Of a stretch of DNA of 64,000 bases, positions 62,201-64,000 are shown piece after piece; the stretch's first letter is position 1; the number at the start of each line of letters is the position of its first letter. The position numbers and the translations under genes were made by a program. The DNA lies in IMG/VR virus record IMGVR_UViG_3300029845_000007. The stretch is one strand, 5' to 3'. Below the pieces are notes generated by a model that saw only the letters and a list, made by a program, of their open reading frames with translations, was not told the DNA's origin and ran no database searches. The stretch comes from a virus.

Positions 62201-62298
62201 TTAGTAACAGTAGGAACATCATTAGCCATATTAACAGAATTAGCCCCACTAGTTAGTGGAGCTTTTTCTACTGATATATTATCAAACATGTTTGGCAT
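56242..62298 (-). CDS. giant virion protein with C-terminal zincin-like metallopeptidase motif (2018 aa)
   Basis: HExxH in RRVLTLIHEGVHYLL (nt about 56862-56876). Long coiled-coil-rich central region. Adjacent to the RNAP-like giant gene. Confidence 0.5.
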   Translation of the reverse strand: MPNMFDNISVEKAPLTSGANSVNMANDVPTVTKYKPDVAAQGNFMFRNLTGKEVFTGTEEDYHSLAKYGAEPNRYQSREELETLRAKNQSAWKQASNALGQTIGTVIGDTVGGMGMLIDLATAGLWDDKPFSNPITRAGDTISDYVRDDLFPIYRENPDKAFDMNDFSGWFFSQVPSIASSLSLMIPGTLLTKGVGAVGKGVAALGRSSSKVSRAMNWAKKATKLDNVYRANRLKILANDGITAIGMRLGENYQEARGVAEQIEGEALSLFTGMSDEEFQNWLDNNPDIASEAKERTKEEAALIVADKAAMRNFGYNAGNVFFDFMQLRAVNKAIGQVNRAITPRIRYSQNQALDRIASTGVESASQTLGQAAKGTIKDFAGKINRFVNSSENLLLSELTEGIEEAINFVGQEEGTLYGRYLLGQAEQYNGAVSMDRIEKYLQNPQLYNAALWGVIGGITFGGTMSAINNRKGGNVEEKQRIAEINGREQVFNEYARQMQIIDNGENPYQIERDANGNPITYLDDGTVSQDPTVGTTRYTKVSPEEQEDLRAAAKEKFTTTLTLNAIRSGNYELLEDYIEDPRLKKKLVDSGLVDDVEYDRDTQELKKTMRTVLDRYVNYSTALRSANIDDALLDVAISENIVNAQEADLLNKRVERLNTIQSQLENSIPAINEVLNPMAKNRMQLGILEQYRREVMSTYNSLKNSNNPLDRAQASQYIDLSRIIESKVTDLRRGLSSMESLFLDNVRSVENIALGIEGSEEQNNLIKKQIEELDESDVALFKQAGKDFSLGTLAKQVHNINSEYMDNMGQILLDEIRRDNYRSRIITTNEQAKEFEDTRKKELEDAAKNLVKSAKKNLNDFVNMANEEELGNLEKALDNAFTDEESQNTSNKSLSNAVSILTNSENGKNEISNLREAITKRRNKLAIQNEVQQRQPENQQETFSMGEGRSEATTQEELEVKPKPRPKPKTAKEKKLKETLDKVVSQSNSGIVNKSNIGNLEFTIVNPFASLSDVSRKPVKVNDIDIRISRFGNVSIDGLDAKGNIIADVTIEELNAAIAIGDITVVDTSKKEDTRTDDTVLESAISDNDLEGQRQRIEEINLIIDLYNQIQGNEVEGKTFTSLNDMMIYLQQLNPRAINLYNDIKVLANRQIINGKIVNVDTEVKTPSDIIQSASKTLENAIAENRQNTKDNGYFFNLVNLNDSKVYSRIGQLKTNDTVNVELDENDNLIVKSRGIKIGEFPKINYNNGNVEVINQGWRYTVRNGNIDFITQLQSIISNEDESAKEFVQTLNNIRRLYRVRNNPEVEGTFGHQLNALQENKNWKNLTSLFGDTQTNLLDRIRHLNSIIFFNNALNVNQSDFSTIVNDSLTNWMNKLKKSYTDINNLKSSISKTKSKKKRLVVGRTSSGSVIYAKDKQGNPIYRKFGDVTTSEATDGYRLVVGVDGGVADIKTNTIIAASRIPRNVVGMTIKDSEGRLIAVPSRENTMSNSETGATEYTKRFNEGLDKLLHSLLDATLQGNENLHTQLLEEVSKYIGKQKVLYGYEVRGHALIPINRVAPTIYFNLKDRNVAFSIPGELKPRRLMARMPNGFVPTNNHGNFSKMLQEVYALLTRNVVNSAIRGESSLFRVVGGKLQAKIPNILQDEWFDTGYSSYEEFVAKDGVLVTDLGSVTDSKGNIVSNFNYVGDVYNRTITLMNPSRNASRTDAANAATSPIKGQQTVSPVVVPDPLASQDSVPQIGTLMEVAQANTDNPNLLSVVSALESAGIKLSPDIETVGEKGRFAGIVAGGNTITLSNRFNSLAPERRVLTLIHEGVHYLLNDERANIEQSFGDLYDKFANFINQDSRLIDEYGDFLNSSKPRAVAIEEFVVEAITNRTFARLLARIKYDSNPTIESNNLFTKIVDALVELIGKIGQIDNTLLGEVRNRLSTIGLETSDTASTSTVTHDDTFDRAEEDVSVPTDDVFDIPDIDLDLDSSISDNYRQVDNFDSLIEGLNNRQKAIVTHLFDTGELSFVCS

Positions 62299-62302
62299 AC
62301 GC

Positions 62303-63988
62303 TTACTTCATTAAGTCGTTCATTTGATTAAGTATAACTTGACTAGGAGTTTCTCCCGTAAGACTAGAGTACATTCGATTAAAGAATTGAAATACTTGTC
62401 TCTTAGTATCTATATCTAATTCATTTAGATTACCAGTAGCACCTGCCATTATCATAGCCTTCTGCATAAGCGGACGAGCAATCACTTGTTGCTCTTCTAT
62501 GGGGGAATTTGCAATAGAACCATTTCTAGCACTAATCAAATCTATATCTTCTTTAACAGGAGCAAGAACAGCATTAGCTTGATTGTTTTGAAGCATACGT
62601 TCAAATAACTCACTTTCAGTAATTTTAATTACAGGAGAATCACTAGCATCGAGTATTTGATACAGGTTGCCATCAGTAACAGCTGAATAACTACCGTCTC
62701 CAAATTCACTATCTGATAAACGATAACCTCTTTTAAGAGCGTTATTGTACTTAATAGAATTGAGAGTGTCCCATGCTTTAACAGCAGGCAAAGATTTAAA
62801 TCTCTCTATCTCATCATTAAGTACAGCACCTGTAATCATATAGTCTCCGGCTACTGCGTTCTGTATTCTATCTTCCATATCAGAATCAGGATTCTTACCA
62901 ACATTCTTACCTGTCTTTACAGTATAAGGAATATTTAAGAATATACCATATTCACCAGTAGAAGCAGAACTACACCAACCGTTATTAATATTCTTCTTCT
63001 TAATTTGTGCTTGAATAGTTTGCATGATAGCATCTCTATCTCTACTATCTTCAACAACTTCAAGAACTCCTTCTTCATTACGTTTCTTAATAACTATACT
63101 TCCTGGATTAGCAATACTAACCATATTCATAACCCGTTCATTATAGTCTTTTAGTTGTTCAGATTCAAAGCCCTGACCTAAAGCAACAACATGAGGCGGT
63201 AAGTCAAATACCGCTAAGTCTACATAAGTAGGAGGAAGAGTTTTAGATACTCTTTCAGTCGCAGCATTAGATATTTGTGCAGCTTTCTCATATACATAGG
63301 CTATTGAGTTTTTATCACTTCCGGCAGTTGTTATCTCTCCACGACCAAGTGCTCTAAAGCCAGCCATAAATGCAGTGACTTCACTACCATAATATTTATT
63401 ACCATGATAGACTTCATCAGCCCTAGTAAATGATTTAGGTTCTACACCTTCATTAGTAAATCCAATAGGATTAACTTTTAATACTTCACTTATTTCAGGA
63501 GCTAAACGAGTATAAGCATCTTTACTAATACGAATATATTCTTTATCCCCTATTTTAGAGAATGATACATCTTGTCTAGTAAGACCCATATCAACTCTTA
63601 GTTTAGATATAATAGCAGCTTTACTAGCTTCGTTAATAGGATTAACAAGAACTGTATCGAAACTATTACCTTGCGAATCTGTGAATAACTTGTTCATTCT
63701 ATTAGCATATTCACGTTGCATAGGATTATTAGTATCTGCCATATTTCCATTACTAAGTCTCTTACCTAAGAAATCAGATGCAAACTGTTCATCTTGTGTA
63801 AGATGTCCTTTCATAGCATCTAATCTATTATTAGCGTTATTAATACCACTATAATAATTATATGCTTCATCCAATGCTTGCTTCTTAGCTGTATCAGACA
63901 GATTGCTATTATTAGCAATACTTGACCTTAATTGAGCATACGCTTTATCTAATGGAACAGATTTAGATATTCCATAAGTAGCAAACAT
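62303..63988 (-). CDS. hypothetical virion protein (561 aa in window; the frame stays open to the window edge, so the true start may lie beyond 64000)
   Basis: ORF co-oriented and translationally coupled with the 2018-aa gene. Confidence 0.45.
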   Translation of the reverse strand: MFATYGISKSVPLDKAYAQLRSSIANNSNLSDTAKKQALDEAYNYYSGINNANNRLDAMKGHLTQDEQFASDFLGKRLSNGNMADTNNPMQREYANRMNKLFTDSQGNSFDTVLVNPINEASKAAIISKLRVDMGLTRQDVSFSKIGDKEYIRISKDAYTRLAPEISEVLKVNPIGFTNEGVEPKSFTRADEVYHGNKYYGSEVTAFMAGFRALGRGEITTAGSDKNSIAYVYEKAAQISNAATERVSKTLPPTYVDLAVFDLPPHVVALGQGFESEQLKDYNERVMNMVSIANPGSIVIKKRNEEGVLEVVEDSRDRDAIMQTIQAQIKKKNINNGWCSSASTGEYGIFLNIPYTVKTGKNVGKNPDSDMEDRIQNAVAGDYMITGAVLNDEIERFKSLPAVKAWDTLNSIKYNNALKRGYRLSDSEFGDGSYSAVTDGNLYQILDASDSPVIKITESELFERMLQNNQANAVLAPVKEDIDLISARNGSIANSPIEEQQVIARPLMQKAMIMAGATGNLNELDIDTKRQVFQFFNRMYSSLTGETPSQVILNQMNDLMK

Positions 63989-64000
63989 ATTGGCTAATTG

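Noticed and set aside
1-64000. Stop-codon reassignment (TAG or TGA recoding), as reported for some crAss-like lineages
   Set aside because: Long ORFs, including the 4239-aa and 2018-aa genes, read cleanly in the standard code. Genes end at TAA, TAG or TGA next to proper downstream starts and terminators. No in-frame stop interrupts a conserved motif.
1-64000. CRISPR array, DGR (reverse transcriptase plus template repeat), integrase or attachment site
   Set aside because: No regularly spaced identical repeats with unique spacers were seen. No RT-like (YxDD) or integrase/recombinase-like ORF was recognised. The tandem repeats present are degenerate and AT-rich, not CRISPR-like.

Overview
AT-rich (about 30% GC by eye), densely coded segment of a tailed dsDNA phage. 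The gene content and layout look like a crAss-like (Crassvirales-type) Bacteroidetes phage, judged from content and order only; nothing could be searched. (1) 40-14307, all minus strand: a late/structural operon with candidate lysis genes (YkuD-like peptidoglycan hydrolase plus two overlapping membrane/coiled-coil spanin-like ORFs), a putative large terminase (765 aa), a small 2-TM protein, a putative portal (810 aa), a scaffold-like Q/G-rich protein, a putative major capsid protein (491 aa), and two downstream structural ORFs. (2) 14308-18378: a repeat-rich regulatory hub. It holds a 27-bp element in 3 copies, purine-rich tandem repeats, a small winged-helix gene flanked upstream by two perfect TTACAC-N8-GTGTAA palindromes and downstream by three 21-bp-phased iterons, and about 1 kb of AT-rich low-complexity repeats. 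(3) 18379-42639, all plus strand: the replication/nucleotide-metabolism module. It contains a Dda/RecD-like SF1B helicase split exactly inside motif III by a 1.17-kb group I intron carrying a GIY-YIG homing endonuclease, a family-B DNA polymerase, a DnaG-like primase (zinc finger plus TOPRIM), an ATP-dependent DNA ligase, a dUTPase, an SSB-like protein with a Gly-rich acidic tail ending in LPF, a free-standing HNH/NUMOD4 endonuclease, many small ORFs, and several clean rho-independent terminators. (4) 42640-43334: a convergent non-coding region with terminators on both strands and a roughly 95-bp imperfect inverted repeat. (5) 43335-64000, minus strand: giant virion-type genes. The 4239-aa ORF has a DFDID (beta-prime-like DxDxD) motif and is taken as a crAss-type virion RNA polymerase polyprotein. 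The 2018-aa ORF has a C-terminal HEGVH zincin motif. A 561-aa ORF is probably truncated at the window edge. The most unusual signal is a about 16-nt GC-rich motif, TTCCCCC[A/G/T]TA[A/G]AGGAG, in at least 24 copies in both orientations, in intergenic DNA and embedded in unrelated ORFs. Some copies carry an extended conserved flank (GC-rich direct-repeat box upstream, GTGATTGCTGT downstream), and two inverted copies form the core of the 42.7-kb inverted repeat. Standard genetic code. No CRISPR, rRNA or convincing tRNA found.
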